From NCBI GenBank assembly GCA_964448355.1, contig CAYUWC010000005.1, forward strand, positions 5,898 through 69,897: 64,000 nt of DNA, given 5' to 3'. The notes below the pieces were generated by a model that worked only from the letters and a program-made list of their open reading frames with translations, did not search any database and had not been told where the DNA came from. This stretch comes from an uncultured Oscillospiraceae bacterium (lineage in GTDB: Bacteria; Bacillota; Clostridia; Oscillospirales; UBA644). The position numbers and the translations under genes were made by a program. Of the stretch, positions 1-9,316 are shown piece by piece. The stretch's first letter is position 1. Each line of letters opens with the position of its first letter.

Positions 1-544
1 CTTTACCCGTTGCTTGTTGCAGCATATAGCAGATCGTTGCGCAGTCGGGAAGATAGCGTTTGTTTTTTGCGGGGCAAACGATGTCCGGATTTGTCGCAAG
101 GAACGGAACGCCGTTGCACAAAAGGTCGCAGGCTATCTCGAGCTTTCGATATTCAAGCTCCGTATCATAGCCGACGAGCAGGTAATCGATATCTCCCTTG
201 CCGTCTTCGGAAACGTCTATACCGCGAGCGATCAATTCCTGCTTTAACGATCTTGTGCCGACGAGGTAGATCTTGGGAGATCTTTTTTGTTTAACGATAT
301 ATTCCGCGGCCGCCATTCCGGAAGTGAAGATATTTGATTCGTTCGCGGGAAGCCCTATTTTTTCCAGTTTATCGAGATAAGCGTTTGCGCTTTTGGACGA
401 ATTGTTCGTCATAAAAACATAATCGCGGTTTGTTTTTATCAAAGCCGAGATAAATTCTTTTGCTCCGGGGATAAGTTCGTTTTCGAGATAGACGGTGCCG
501 TCCATATCGAGAAGGAAAAGCTGTTTTTGAGATATAAGCTCCAT
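1..544 (-). CDS. HAD-IIA (NagD-like) hydrolase, 3' end runs off the window
   Basis: Not in the ORF track. Manual translation from ATG at 544 gives MEAYISKKQLFLLDMDGTVY...FMTNNSSK...FTSG...FLATNPD, which contains the HAD DxD and IIA motifs. Confidence 0.88.
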   Translation of the reverse strand, partial: MELISQKQLFLLDMDGTVYLENELIPGAKEFISALIKTNRDYVFMTNNSSKSANAYLDKLEKIGLPANESNIFTSGMAAAEYIVKQKRSPKIYLVGTRSLKQELIARGIDVSEDGKGDIDYLLVGYDTELEYRKLEIACDLLCNGVPFLATNPDIVCPAKNKRYLPDCATICYMLQQATGK

Positions 545-755
545 TTTAATAATTTTCCGATCCGATTTATATATTTTTGTTTAGTTAAGCGTTAAAGCAT
601 ATTGTTTTTATGTAATAATAACATATTCTCGATAATTTTTCAATAAAAAAACTATGAATTATTCAATTACACTCTTGAAATTTCTGTTTATATTTGTTAT
701 AATATACAGTGATGAGTTGTCTGTAAACAGACAAATGATCGGAGGCAGAATATCC

Positions 756-1328
756 GTGAGAATAATAACAGGCACCAAAAGAGGAATGAAGCTTTTTTTA
801 CCGCCTGAAGACGCACCGATACGTCCGACTTCGGACAGAACAAAAGAATCCGTGTTCAATCTCATACACAGAGATTTTGACGGCACGTTTCTCGATCTTT
901 TTGCCGGATCTGGGCAAATGGGGATAGAAGCCTTGAGCAGAGGTGCCGTAAAGACTGTTTTTTGCGATAACAACAAAGCCGCAATCGACACAGTCAATGC
1001 AAACCTCAAAAAAACGGGGTTTAAAAATTACGAGATATTTTACGGTGATTACAAAAAATACCTTAAAACGACCGCCGAAAAATTCGATATGATCTTTATC
1101 GATCCGCCGTACGAGAAAGGTCTTGTGCAAAAAGCGCTTGATGTTTTGGGCAGAGACTGTTCGTGCATAAAAGACGACGGTTGGGTAGTTGTTGAATGTA
1201 AATTTGTCGAAGATATACAGGAACGATTCGGCAAGCTTGTTATGACAGACAGGCGTAAATACGGCATTGCCTCGATCCTGATATACAGGCCCGACACGAA
1301 CATACAGGCGGAGGTTGAGCTGCAATGA
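756..1328 (+). CDS. rsmD: 16S rRNA (guanine966-N2) methyltransferase
   Basis: IRPTSDRTKE, LDLFAGSG and FIDPPY motifs; GTG start at 756 after GGAGG; lies upstream of coaD. Confidence 0.93.
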   Translation: MRIITGTKRGMKLFLPPEDAPIRPTSDRTKESVFNLIHRDFDGTFLDLFAGSGQMGIEALSRGAVKTVFCDNNKAAIDTVNANLKKTGFKNYEIFYGDYKKYLKTTAEKFDMIFIDPPYEKGLVQKALDVLGRDCSCIKDDGWVVVECKFVEDIQERFGKLVMTDRRKYGIASILIYRPDTNIQAEVELQ

Positions 1329-1804
1329 AAAGCGTGCTTTGTCCCGGAACATTCGATCCGATAACGCTCGGGCACGAAGATGTTATACGACGTGCGGCGA
1401 AAATATTTGACAGGGTATATGTTTCGGTGCTTGAAAATATAGATAAAAATACGGTTTTTTCTACATCGGAAAGGATCGCGCTTGCAAAAAAAGTTTTTGA
1501 AAACGAGAAAAACATAGCGGTCGTACCGTTCAAGGGTCTGCTTGTGGATATCGCAAAGCAGCTTGACGTGTGCGCGATAGTAAAAGGTGCGAGAGACGCA
1601 TACGATTTTTCTTACGAGCAGAAGCTTTTTCTTATCAACGATTCTCTTTTGCCGGGGATAGAAACGATCATTCTCCCGTCGTTCGGAGATCGGATATTCA
1701 TAAGTTCCACCGCAGTAAGAGACATAGGCAAGCACGGCGGCGATCTGTCGCGTTATGTTAACACAAAAATAATCGACGATGTCAGCCGAAAACTCAAACA
1801 ATAA
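1325..1804 (+). CDS. coaD: Pantetheine-phosphate adenylyltransferase
   Basis: PGTFDPITLGH and ISSTAVR motifs; ATGA overlap with rsmD. Confidence 0.95.
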   Translation: MKSVLCPGTFDPITLGHEDVIRRAAKIFDRVYVSVLENIDKNTVFSTSERIALAKKVFENEKNIAVVPFKGLLVDIAKQLDVCAIVKGARDAYDFSYEQKLFLINDSLLPGIETIILPSFGDRIFISSTAVRDIGKHGGDLSRYVNTKIIDDVSRKLKQ

Positions 1805-1858
1805 AAATTTTCCAATAAACTTCCCTCGGTATTCGGAAACACAGAAAGGAAATCAAAT

Positions 1859-2389
1859 ATGGTCAGTGAATTTAACAAACGTCTCGAAGAGCTTGATGAT
1901 CTTCTTGAAGAATCGTGGACGCTTCCGTTTGCAAGCAATAAATATATTGTTAACGGTGAACGTTTACGCGGCATTATAGACGCATTAAAAAGCAGTCTGC
2001 CGACAGAGCTGAGAAAAGCAAAAGAAGTTCTCGACACAAAAGACAAAACCACTGCACGTGCTCGTGAAGAAGCGGACATTATGGTTGAACGTGCAAAGAA
2101 AAATTCCGAGCTTATGCTTGCGAAAGCGAAAAAGACATCGGAGACCATTATTGAAAATGCGAGAGCTGAGGCGGAAGAACTCATCAACGAACAGGAGATC
2201 ATCGCAATTGCAAACGAGCGTGCCGAAAATATCATCGAACAGGCGCGTCAGGATGCGATAAAAATGAGAAACGTTACGCTTTCTTACATCGACGGTGTTA
2301 TAACCGAAGGCGAGAAATCGCTCGGAACGGCTCTTAACACGCTCAATCAGCTCAAGCAGTCCTATTCCGGATCGAAATCAGAGCAGTGA
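1859..2389 (+). CDS. Conserved coiled-coil protein commonly found after coaD in Clostridia (DivIVA/ATPase-subunit-like repeats)
   Basis: A-x-x-E-A-x-x-I heptad repeats; gene context. Confidence 0.65.
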   Translation: MVSEFNKRLEELDDLLEESWTLPFASNKYIVNGERLRGIIDALKSSLPTELRKAKEVLDTKDKTTARAREEADIMVERAKKNSELMLAKAKKTSETIIENARAEAEELINEQEIIAIANERAENIIEQARQDAIKMRNVTLSYIDGVITEGEKSLGTALNTLNQLKQSYSGSKSEQ

Positions 2390-3942
2390 ACAAATTAAAA
2401 CCGTATATTGCGGTCTTTCTCGTGATTGCGATGATGTTTTTATCATCGTGTTCTTTCTCGGAATTTTTCGATCATTCCATTCTTGACGATCCCGACAAGG
2501 GCACGTCCGACGCGGACGATTATGTTAAAAACGAAACAATGACCGTTGCGAGTTTTTCGGGTGAGCAGATATCCCCGTACACGAGTACAAGCAGAGCAAA
2601 CAGGGATATCATCTCGCTTTGCTATGATGCGCTTGTAAGCATAAACAGCGATATGGAAGCTGTTCCGCAGATATGTCAAACATTTGTTCAAAACGGAAAC
2701 AGTGTTGTTTTTTACATAGACAGCTCCGCCGTTTTTTCGGACGGTTCGAGGATAACGGCAGCAGACTGTGCTTATTCTTTTGCGAAAGCGGAGGCAGCCT
2801 CGTCGGTTTTCTGCAATCGTTTTTCCGCGATATACAAATACGAAGCGACCGATACCTATGTTTTTACCGTAACATTCAAGAATGCCGGTATATATAATGT
2901 TAATTTAACAACTATCCCCATAATCAAGGCAGGAAGCGACGCAAACGGCGCCACAGCTATAGGGTCGGGAAGATACATACTCAATTCCGACGAAGGCGGC
3001 ATGTATCTTACAGCCAACACGAACGCCAAAAGCGTTCCCGCAACGGAGAGAATAAACGTTATTTCGGTCGATAATGCCGAAGAACTTTTATACAACATCA
3101 ATTACGGAAACGTTCATGCCTCATACGCAGACTTATCCGAGGGCAACTCGTCTTTTCGCGGAACGACGGAGCTTATGGATTTTACAACGAACGATCTTAT
3201 ATTTGCGGTCGTCAACAAAAACAGCGAATATTTCACGTCGTCCGATGCCGCAAAAGGCATAACGTATGCGATAGATCGTTCAAAAATAGTGTCTAACATT
3301 CTTTCTTCCGCATCAAGAAGTGTCTGGTATCCGTTCAATCCCGACTGGAGCGTTACGAAAGCCGCAGATCTCAACGCAGACATATATTCTTCGACGACAG
3401 CGCACGAATATTTCACATCCGCAGGGCTTACGCTTTCCGGCACGGAGCGTGTTTGGAACGGGCAAACTGCCGAGATCGTGATCCTTGTTAATCAGGAAAG
3501 TCTGGTAAAGACCAAGGTTGCGGAAAGTATTGCGGAAGATCTTGAGGGTATGAGCTTTAAAGTCACCGTAAAAACATTAAAATGGGACGAGATGAAGCAA
3601 GCTGTCCTTGACGGTGAATACGACATCTTTATAGGCGAAATGAATCTCTTTCCCAATATGGATATAACATCGATAACCAAAAACGAACTTGTTCTTTCCG
3701 CAGCACAGGCAGATGAGACAGGCGAAAAAGGTTATTCGGAAGAATTTTTGAACGCCGTAGACGACTTTTATACCGGAGCCTCGGATATGAGAACGTTTCT
3801 CAGCGCATTTCAGGAAGAGCTTCCGTTTATTCCGCTTTATTTTTCAGGCGGAGCGCTTGCGGTAAACAGAAATATCGCAGGCACATTTGAACCGAACTGT
3901 TTTGACCTTTACGCAAAGGCCGAAACATGGACGTTAAATTAA
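2386..3942 (+). CDS. ABC transporter substrate-binding lipoprotein, family 5 (peptide/nickel-like)
   Basis: Lipobox FLSSC; FSDGSRITAADC, IGSGRY, YAIDR and ELPFIPLY motifs. Confidence 0.85.
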   Translation: MNKLKPYIAVFLVIAMMFLSSCSFSEFFDHSILDDPDKGTSDADDYVKNETMTVASFSGEQISPYTSTSRANRDIISLCYDALVSINSDMEAVPQICQTFVQNGNSVVFYIDSSAVFSDGSRITAADCAYSFAKAEAASSVFCNRFSAIYKYEATDTYVFTVTFKNAGIYNVNLTTIPIIKAGSDANGATAIGSGRYILNSDEGGMYLTANTNAKSVPATERINVISVDNAEELLYNINYGNVHASYADLSEGNSSFRGTTELMDFTTNDLIFAVVNKNSEYFTSSDAAKGITYAIDRSKIVSNILSSASRSVWYPFNPDWSVTKAADLNADIYSSTTAHEYFTSAGLTLSGTERVWNGQTAEIVILVNQESLVKTKVAESIAEDLEGMSFKVTVKTLKWDEMKQAVLDGEYDIFIGEMNLFPNMDITSITKNELVLSAAQADETGEKGYSEEFLNAVDDFYTGASDMRTFLSAFQEELPFIPLYFSGGALAVNRNIAGTFEPNCFDLYAKAETWTLN

Positions 3943-3979
3943 ATCAGCGTATTGTCCTACTCCTTTTAAGTAAATTTTG

Positions 3980-4024
3980 GGAAAACGGAGCCAAGCTGCC
4001 ATTGCAGCCTGACTCCGATTTTCC
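3980..4024. terminator. Probable bidirectional intrinsic terminator
   Basis: Hairpin cggagccaagctgc/gcagcctgactccg with flanking A/T runs, between convergent genes. Confidence 0.6.
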
Positions 4025-4051
4025 TTTTTTATTCTATTTTTTTACAACGGG

Positions 4052-4579
4052 TCATTCGGTTTCGATCAAACCGTAATTTCCGTCTTTTCTGCGGTAGATA
4101 ATACAAATGCCGTTATCGACATCCGATCTGTAAACAAAGAAATCGTGGCCGACCATGTTCATTTGAAGAATTGCTTCTTCTTCCGACATGGGTTTGACAA
4201 CAATACTCTTTCTTCTTGTTACAACATCGTCGTCTTCATCTTCGACTTCCGAAGAGAAACCGCGTTCAAAAGTGAAATCGCTCGTTTTCAACCGCTTTTC
4301 AAGCTTTGTTTTATGCTTTCTGATCTGTCTGATAAGAATATCCACTATCCTATCAACGCTTTCGCGGAAATCCTTTGTTGATTCCTGACCCCTGAAAATA
4401 ATTCCGCCGTAGTCCGCAGTGATCTCGACTTTGCAGTTATCGTCTTTTTCAAGGGTGTAAACAACGTGTACGACGCAATCACCGGCAAAGAATTTTTCAA
4501 GCTTTTTGAGTTTCTTTTCTGTGTATTCCTTTGTGCTGTCCCAAATGTGACATTTTCTTTCGTTGTAGGTAATTTGCAT
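4052..4579 (-). CDS. hpf: Long ribosome hibernation promoting factor
   Basis: RQIRKHKTKL and KPMSEEEAILQM...IYRRKDGNYGLIE; ATG at 4579 follows AAGGAG. Confidence 0.93.
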   Translation of the reverse strand: MQITYNERKCHIWDSTKEYTEKKLKKLEKFFAGDCVVHVVYTLEKDDNCKVEITADYGGIIFRGQESTKDFRESVDRIVDILIRQIRKHKTKLEKRLKTSDFTFERGFSSEVEDEDDDVVTRRKSIVVKPMSEEEAILQMNMVGHDFFVYRSDVDNGICIIYRRKDGNYGLIETE

Positions 4580-4785
4580 ACGTTTCACTCCTTAGATTTT
4601 TTTCGCAATAAAAAACTTCGGCGTTATTTGCCCGCAAGCTTTCTTATTACAAATATATTATAACATATTTCAACAAGAAAGAAAAGTCTTTTTTTGAAAA
4701 AAATTCTGTCAATCGTATTTTTGTTAATCTTCAACAAAGACGGTTAATTTAAAATACGCTTTTCCGTGATATTACACAAAAAAAC

Positions 4786-5502
4786 TCAATCAATATCAAA
4801 CCAATCCAAAGCGTATCGGATTTGTTCGTCCCACTTATCCCAGCTGTGTCCACCCTCGGATTCGGAATATGTGACGTTCAGTCCGCACTCTTTTGCGAAT
4901 GCGGCAAAACGCCTGTTGCCGTCAAGCAAAACATCTTCCGTGCCGCACCACATATAAATATTCGGAGCCTGTTTTGCTTCGATTTTTTTTGCCAAGCAAA
5001 ACAAGTCGTTTTCTTCGGACAATTCTTCTCCGAACACACGTCTGTATTCGTCGTTTTTCTCTCTGCGTGCATTCATATCCGCAGCGGAAGAAAAGCCCGC
5101 AACGGCGGCAAAACGTTCGGGAAGACCAAGCCCGAGCTTCAACGCACCGTAACCGCCCATTGAAAGGCCTGCGGCAAACGTTTTTTCGCGTTTTGTCGAA
5201 ACATTAAACATCGAATATATCTTTTTCGGAAGCTCTTGGGATATATACGTCCAATACGCATACCCGTTTACCATATCGGTATAAAATCCTCTGTGCGTGG
5301 TGGGCATGATAACGGCGAGGTTTTTGTTTTCAACATAACGTTCAATCGACGTCCGCCTTGTCCACGCTGTGTTATCGTCCGACATACCGTGCAAAAGAAA
5401 AAGCACGGCAGGCGGTTCTTTCGCATTTTCGGGCATAATGACGTTTACGGGTGTCATCATTCCGATAGCATCGGAAAATATATTCATTTGTATATTTGCC
5501 AA
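4786..5502 (-). CDS. Alpha/beta-hydrolase esterase (FrmB/tributyrin esterase-like)
   Basis: LLHG, GLSMGG nucleophile elbow, CGTED and GGHSW. Confidence 0.88.
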   Translation of the reverse strand: MANIQMNIFSDAIGMMTPVNVIMPENAKEPPAVLFLLHGMSDDNTAWTRRTSIERYVENKNLAVIMPTTHRGFYTDMVNGYAYWTYISQELPKKIYSMFNVSTKREKTFAAGLSMGGYGALKLGLGLPERFAAVAGFSSAADMNARREKNDEYRRVFGEELSEENDLFCLAKKIEAKQAPNIYMWCGTEDVLLDGNRRFAAFAKECGLNVTYSESEGGHSWDKWDEQIRYALDWFDID

Positions 5503-6171
5503 TCAAACGCACTCTCCCTCGTGGTAAAGTTCGAAGTTTCCGCTGCGTATCAGGTCTCGAAGTTCAAGCCCGTCGGCAGGCAATGTTTCCGAAATAATAC
5601 CGCCTCTGCCGACCATATGCGTTTCGTGAGCGTCGGAACCGGAAGATATCGGCAATGAATTTTCTTTTGCAAACTGCAAAGCAAGCTCGTTGCGCGAATG
5701 GTGATGCGGATGCATATTATAGCCCTCAACACCGTCCAAGTATCGAGGGTCGGTTCTTGTCATTCCGTCTCTGAACGGATGTGCCTGATATATAAGAACA
5801 TCGTTTTTCTTGCAATATTCGTAAAAATCCTTATGAGAGCTGCCGAACATCGTTACTGCGCCGCGAAGAAAATCTTCCGTAACGCCGAAAAGCAAATAAT
5901 CGTTATTTGAACCCTCAAAGCGATATTCCGCTCCGAGATACACTTTCAGTCCCAATTTTGCGCCTTCTTTAACGGCAGCATGGTATCCGTAAAAATAATC
6001 CGAAAAATCCTGACCTCTGAAGAATCCGGGTGTAAAATGATCGGTGATATTTATTGCCGAATAACCTGCCTGAGAATACAGTCTCACAAGCTCCGCTCCG
6101 TACAATCTGGAACAGCCGCTTACCGGAAAAGTATGGCAATGAAGCTCTATTTTGTATGCCAAGTTTGTCAC
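5503..6171 (-). CDS. PHP-domain metal-dependent phosphoesterase
   Basis: LHCHT, ITDH, AHPFR and GSDAH motifs. Confidence 0.88.
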   Translation of the reverse strand: MTNLAYKIELHCHTFPVSGCSRLYGAELVRLYSQAGYSAINITDHFTPGFFRGQDFSDYFYGYHAAVKEGAKLGLKVYLGAEYRFEGSNNDYLLFGVTEDFLRGAVTMFGSSHKDFYEYCKKNDVLIYQAHPFRDGMTRTDPRYLDGVEGYNMHPHHHSRNELALQFAKENSLPISSGSDAHETHMVGRGGIISETLPADGLELRDLIRSGNFELYHEGECV

Positions 6172-6302
6172 TTCCTGATGTATATTTTATATACGACATT
6201 ATAACCCCGTTTTCGGCATTTGTCAAGAAAAAGTTTATATCAAACACAGCTTAAAACGCAACTGTGCCGTCACCCAAAACGAAAGATATCGTTGTTAAAA
6301 TA

Positions 6303-6638
6303 TTAAAACACCGAAACGTCGAAACCGCCGCCGTTATATATCAATTTGCGAACATCGTCCGTATCTGAGCCGTCGCATACGATGTTAACAAAACATTCAC
6401 CCAGCAATTTATCCGTGCGGTCAAGCTCGAACGGATATGACTGACTGGCGACGGGAGTATACTCAAAGAGGATATTGCCCGTATAATACAGAATATTGTT
6501 TGCTATTCCCCTACCCTCCGATTCCGTATCGTAATATATCCGTGCTTCGTAAATATTTTTTACGGATTCCGAGATCCGTGCCAAAGTCGCATCGGCACTT
6601 TCGGTGTCCGGAAATCTGGCTGTTATTTTTACTGTCAA
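6303..6638 (-). CDS. Hypothetical protein downstream of the ger operon
   Basis: Open frame; TTG at 6638 follows GGAGGAG (the track starts at 6677). Confidence 0.55.
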   Translation of the reverse strand: MTVKITARFPDTESADATLARISESVKNIYEARIYYDTESEGRGIANNILYYTGNILFEYTPVASQSYPFELDRTDKLLGECFVNIVCDGSDTDDVRKLIYNGGGFDVSVF

Positions 6639-6736
6639 AATCTTCTCCTCCAAATCAGTTGTGTTCACGTTATTCAACGCAGAATGAGTTGGCGTTGCCG
6701 ACCATGTCTTCTGCAGGGGACATCTCGCCTATGATA

Positions 6737-6828
6737 AAATCGGAACAACGCTCCGGCTTTGCTCGTAATGCCGTCGGATGCGACATACACAGCCCCGTCT
6801 TTTTTTTGCGGTGTACAGCTGCGTTAGG
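6737..6828 (-). repeat. Interspersed TAACGCAG element, copy E (diverged)
   Basis: Minus strand cctaacgcagctgt...agcgttgttccgattt, starting immediately after the stop codon of the GerAB-family gene. Confidence 0.55.
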
Positions 6829-7944
6829 TCATAAACGCATTTTATGTGATCTTCGCATTTTTATTTCCGCGCAGACAAGGATAATCAACGGGATAAAAAG
6901 CTGTAAGACCGCTCCGATATATTTATTTACCTGTGTAATGACGGACATTTCACTCACGTTATCGAACAAATCGAGAGCCGTTGCGGCGATCAAAAAAGCG
7001 AGCGGAAAAAGCAATTTGCCCAAGTCTGACAGTTTGAACAATTTTGCGATACCTTCCACCGTTACGGAAAGCGCAACGCCTGTTTTTACCGTTAAACTCA
7101 GAACAAAAACTATAACGGCGATAACTTCTATGTGTGTTAAAAAATCGCCGATATCTATAAGCGAAACCGCCGTATAATACGGAAAATAAAGTCTTTTCAT
7201 CGTTTCTTCGCCCAAAATAAGCACATTTGACGCCATTATACCCATTATCAAAACAGTCCCGACAAAGCAGCCCCACAAAACGACACGTTTCATATTGCGT
7301 TTAACAAGTCCGAGCGAACCGTTTGAGGCACGCACGGAGCCGATAAACCCGATCAAAAGAATCGTTTCTCCGAACGAGAACGACGAGACGCCCAGCCCGA
7401 CATCGATTATTTGAGGAATATCGCCAAGCAGGACGGGGCGAAAGTTTGAAACATCGTACAGACCCGCAGACAATACCGCGATCAGCAAAAGAACGGAGAT
7501 TATTATAAAAAACAGGCAAAAACAGAATTTTGAAAAAACTTCCTTTCCGTACTTTAAAGCCCTGCAGCAAAGATATCCGAAAACGGAGACCGTAACGAGC
7601 TGAGGCGTGTTCGGAAACGAAACCGTATGAATAAATTCCGATATAAACCGCAATGTTGTTGCCGCAACGAAAATACCGTACACGACGTACACGACCGAGA
7701 AAGCCGTGCCGAAAAATCCGCCGCAACTTTTGAAAATGACAGCGAACAAATTTTCGCCGGGATAAATACTGCAAAGTCTGAGACATATCAAAAGCGTCGG
7801 GAGCGAAAAAAAGACCGATACAATTACCGATATCCAAAGATCGGACCGTCCGCTTTCGAAAAGATTCAGGACCTGTACGCCGGAAAGCATAAACAAAACA
7901 TATATGCATGTCACGCAAAACGGTGATATGTTATTTTTTTCCAT
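6829..7944 (-). CDS. Spore germinant receptor B subunit (GerAB/KB family permease)
   Basis: Polytopic membrane protein with PNTP, NFRPVL and FGET motifs; operon context. Confidence 0.9.
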   Translation of the reverse strand: MEKNNISPFCVTCIYVLFMLSGVQVLNLFESGRSDLWISVIVSVFFSLPTLLICLRLCSIYPGENLFAVIFKSCGGFFGTAFSVVYVVYGIFVAATTLRFISEFIHTVSFPNTPQLVTVSVFGYLCCRALKYGKEVFSKFCFCLFFIIISVLLLIAVLSAGLYDVSNFRPVLLGDIPQIIDVGLGVSSFSFGETILLIGFIGSVRASNGSLGLVKRNMKRVVLWGCFVGTVLIMGIMASNVLILGEETMKRLYFPYYTAVSLIDIGDFLTHIEVIAVIVFVLSLTVKTGVALSVTVEGIAKLFKLSDLGKLLFPLAFLIAATALDLFDNVSEMSVITQVNKYIGAVLQLFIPLIILVCAEIKMRRSHKMRL

Positions 7945-7947
7945 ACT

Positions 7948-8154
7948 TTACCCTGTTTTAACGACCTTTCCGACAATATCGTACATACTCGGCATATCGG
8001 GAAAAACATCGCCGAAAAAAAACAGGATCGTTGCCAAACAAAGCACCGCCGTGTACACCGCCGCAAGCCGTTTGTTATCGCTGCGATAAAGCGGTATGAG
8101 TTCAAAAACGGTCATTGCCGACAACATAGATATTATCATTATTTTTTCATCCAT
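7948..8154 (-). CDS. Small two-TM protein in the ger operon (putative receptor D subunit)
   Basis: 68 aa with two hydrophobic segments, tightly packed between the C and B subunit genes. Confidence 0.65.
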   Translation of the reverse strand: MDEKIMIISMLSAMTVFELIPLYRSDNKRLAAVYTAVLCLATILFFFGDVFPDMPSMYDIVGKVVKTG

Positions 8155-9316
8155 CGATATTCTCCGAATTGAAATTTTTACCCGAAAGTCCGCTGTCCGA
8201 AGGCGATACGGATATTTCCGTTTTTATTTTCAACGTTTTAAGAAACGTCCGAGTATCGCCGAACGTTTCCAGATAACGAGGATAAACCACGGCGAGCTTC
8301 GGGATAAAATTAAAAATATCAAGCCCGTATCGGTCGATAGTGTCTTTTACTACGCAAAAAACATTGTCCGAAATATAACGCTCTATCTGCTCGGAAACAA
8401 TATCCGCATCCGAAGCCGAATTATAGCAAATACTGTCGGGAAGTTCAGGGAAAGATACTGTAAGATCGATCTTTATTGTTAACAACGCGCCGCCGTCTGA
8501 TTTTTCGAGATCGATATTCGCAGAACTTTCGGTTATGTTAAACGAAAACGGGGTATCTGCGCACGGGAGGACACAAGTTATTGTTCCTTTTTTGAATTCG
8601 CCGGAAGCGAGGGTACAAAACACGCTGTTGTCGGACGGGATATAGCCGCAAAGCGAATCGTCCGAAAACAACGCTATACCGTCAAGAAAATACGAAGTTT
8701 TGTTTTCCGAATCTTTTCTCACGGTAAAATACGGAACTTTTGCGGCGCCCGAACCGTAATACAGCGAATTAAGTATGCCGTTAACGTCTTCCGAGGCAGC
8801 GGTACCGTATTTTTCGGCGACTGTTTTTACGGTTTGAACGATCTCGTAAGATTTTATAGAGTTGGTGACCGTAGAAACGGAAAGCAGTTCGTCGGCACGA
8901 CAACCCTTTGTTACAACAACGTTTATGGACGGTCTTATCTCTCGGTCACGAAAAGCTATGTCCAACACGGAAGATATGCCGAGTTCGGAGATCTCGCGGC
9001 TGAGAACGATAAGTTTGCAGTGGCCGAAATACAGTTTTTTCGACGAACACGCCGTCATACCTCGGATCGCAGCAAGAGGCGTGATACCGGTATTTCTGAT
9101 AAGGGCGGAATGATTACCGTCGGAAGATGAGGAGTTAAGCGTAACGACCTCTACGGTGACGAGGTAAAGAGGGCTTTCCGTGTCGCTTTCGACGATATCG
9201 AAAGCAATACCGGCAACGATAAGCTCGGATTCGATATCGGAATAATCGTAGCAGCCGCACAAAAGAAGCGAGAAGGCGAGCATTATACACGCAACGATAG
9301 GATATTTCTTTTTCAT
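8147..9316 (-). CDS. Ger(x)C germination lipoprotein
   Basis: Lipobox LLLCGC then YDYSDI..IVAGIAFD and KLYFGH; ATG at 9316 overlaps the gerA stop. Confidence 0.92.
   Translation of the reverse strand: MKKKYPIVACIMLAFSLLLCGCYDYSDIESELIVAGIAFDIVESDTESPLYLVTVEVVTLNSSSSDGNHSALIRNTGITPLAAIRGMTACSSKKLYFGHCKLIVLSREISELGISSVLDIAFRDREIRPSINVVVTKGCRADELLSVSTVTNSIKSYEIVQTVKTVAEKYGTAASEDVNGILNSLYYGSGAAKVPYFTVRKDSENKTSYFLDGIALFSDDSLCGYIPSDNSVFCTLASGEFKKGTITCVLPCADTPFSFNITESSANIDLEKSDGGALLTIKIDLTVSFPELPDSICYNSASDADIVSEQIERYISDNVFCVVKDTIDRYGLDIFNFIPKLAVVYPRYLETFGDTRTFLKTLKIKTEISVSPSDSGLSGKNFNSENIDG

Noticed and set aside
241-300. Frameshift in the HAD-IIA gene at the A run
   Set aside because: Recounting gives an in-frame read (VKQKRSPKIYLVG); the gene is missing from the track only because it runs off the edge.
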